Of a stretch of 64,000 nt of DNA, positions 63,744 to 64,000 are shown one piece after another. Where the stretch lies: positions 9,371-73,370 of the forward strand of contig JAQWDH010000003.1 of NCBI GenBank assembly GCA_028705565.1, written 5' to 3'. Source of the stretch: Patescibacteria group bacterium (GTDB taxonomy: Bacteria > Patescibacteriota > Patescibacteriia > Magasanikbacterales > GWA2-37-8). Position 1 is the first letter of the stretch. Each line of letters begins with the position of its first letter. The notes below the pieces were generated by a model. The model saw only the letters and a list, made by a program, of their open reading frames with translations. It was not told the DNA's origin and ran no database searches. Position numbers and translations under genes: made by a program.

Positions 63744-64000
63744 CGCGGTAAAATTAAATCATCTGATAAAAAAAGCACACTGATGCGCGCTCGAAAGGAC
63801 ACCCCCCTATATAAACACTTTACTCTCGAAAGAATAAAGTGGTTTTGTTTTTATCCAGTATGCTTTTTACGGAGATTAATCCCGCATATTTATATTATAG
63901 CACATTTTAAGGAACTCGCGGAAAAGTTATCCACAGGTCAAAATTATTCATTATTTACCGTTTTTTTGTCCCGCGCCTTCGTTTTCTTGCGACTGGAATA

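Overview
This is a 64-kb, low-GC, gene-dense window with short intergenic regions and many overlapping genes. By my reading (inference, not a search) it comes from a small-genome monoderm bacterium of the CPR/Patescibacteria type. It is mostly conserved core genes.

Core genes, in order:
- envelope glycan genes (flippase fragment, GT4, GT2, O-antigen-ligase-like protein, WecB/TagA-type GT26, Wzz-like protein)
- fmt-def-priA
- clpB, preceded by a CIRCE-like inverted repeat
- gltX, an M23 peptidase, ddl, ftsQ-like, alr, serS, an HDIG protein, an RdgB-NUDIX fusion and lysS
- greA, PBP2-mreD-mreC-mreB, and a UvrD-like helicase/nuclease
- a complete F1Fo ATP synthase operon (atpI-like, then atpB-E-F-H-A-G-D-C)
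- tatD, cvpA, metG and rsmI
- ferredoxin-nifU-nifS-exonuclease-thiI
- smpB followed by a tmRNA gene (ssrA), then infC-rpmI-rplT.

Features that look accessory or unusual:
1. A family of small palindromic mini-elements (units beginning TGTCATT... and ending ...AATCC, in inverted pairs) at three loci. One is a 105-nt in-frame insertion inside rsmI. Stem bases co-vary between loci, which argues for a conserved hairpin structure.
2. A four-gene minus-strand island between ddl and ftsQ: two paralogous small proteins, a Xer-like tyrosine recombinase and an HTH-HNH endonuclease.
3. A cell-surface locus with two paralogous secreted proteins sharing an N-terminal domain, a signal-peptide protein with a C-terminal anchor (DUF916/DUF3324-like), and a small membrane protein. 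Its layout resembles Gram-positive WxL/Csc loci.
4. Tandem paralogous small genes with identical strong ribosome-binding sites.
5. An identical 19-mer upstream of the clpB and lysS operons.
6. A PriA homolog with degenerate Walker A/B motifs.
7. A probable AUU start for infC.
8. An unannotated 59-aa ferredoxin ORF.

I found no CRISPR array, rRNA or canonical tRNA. All functional calls rest on motif and family recognition by eye; nothing was searched or computed beyond reading the sequence.
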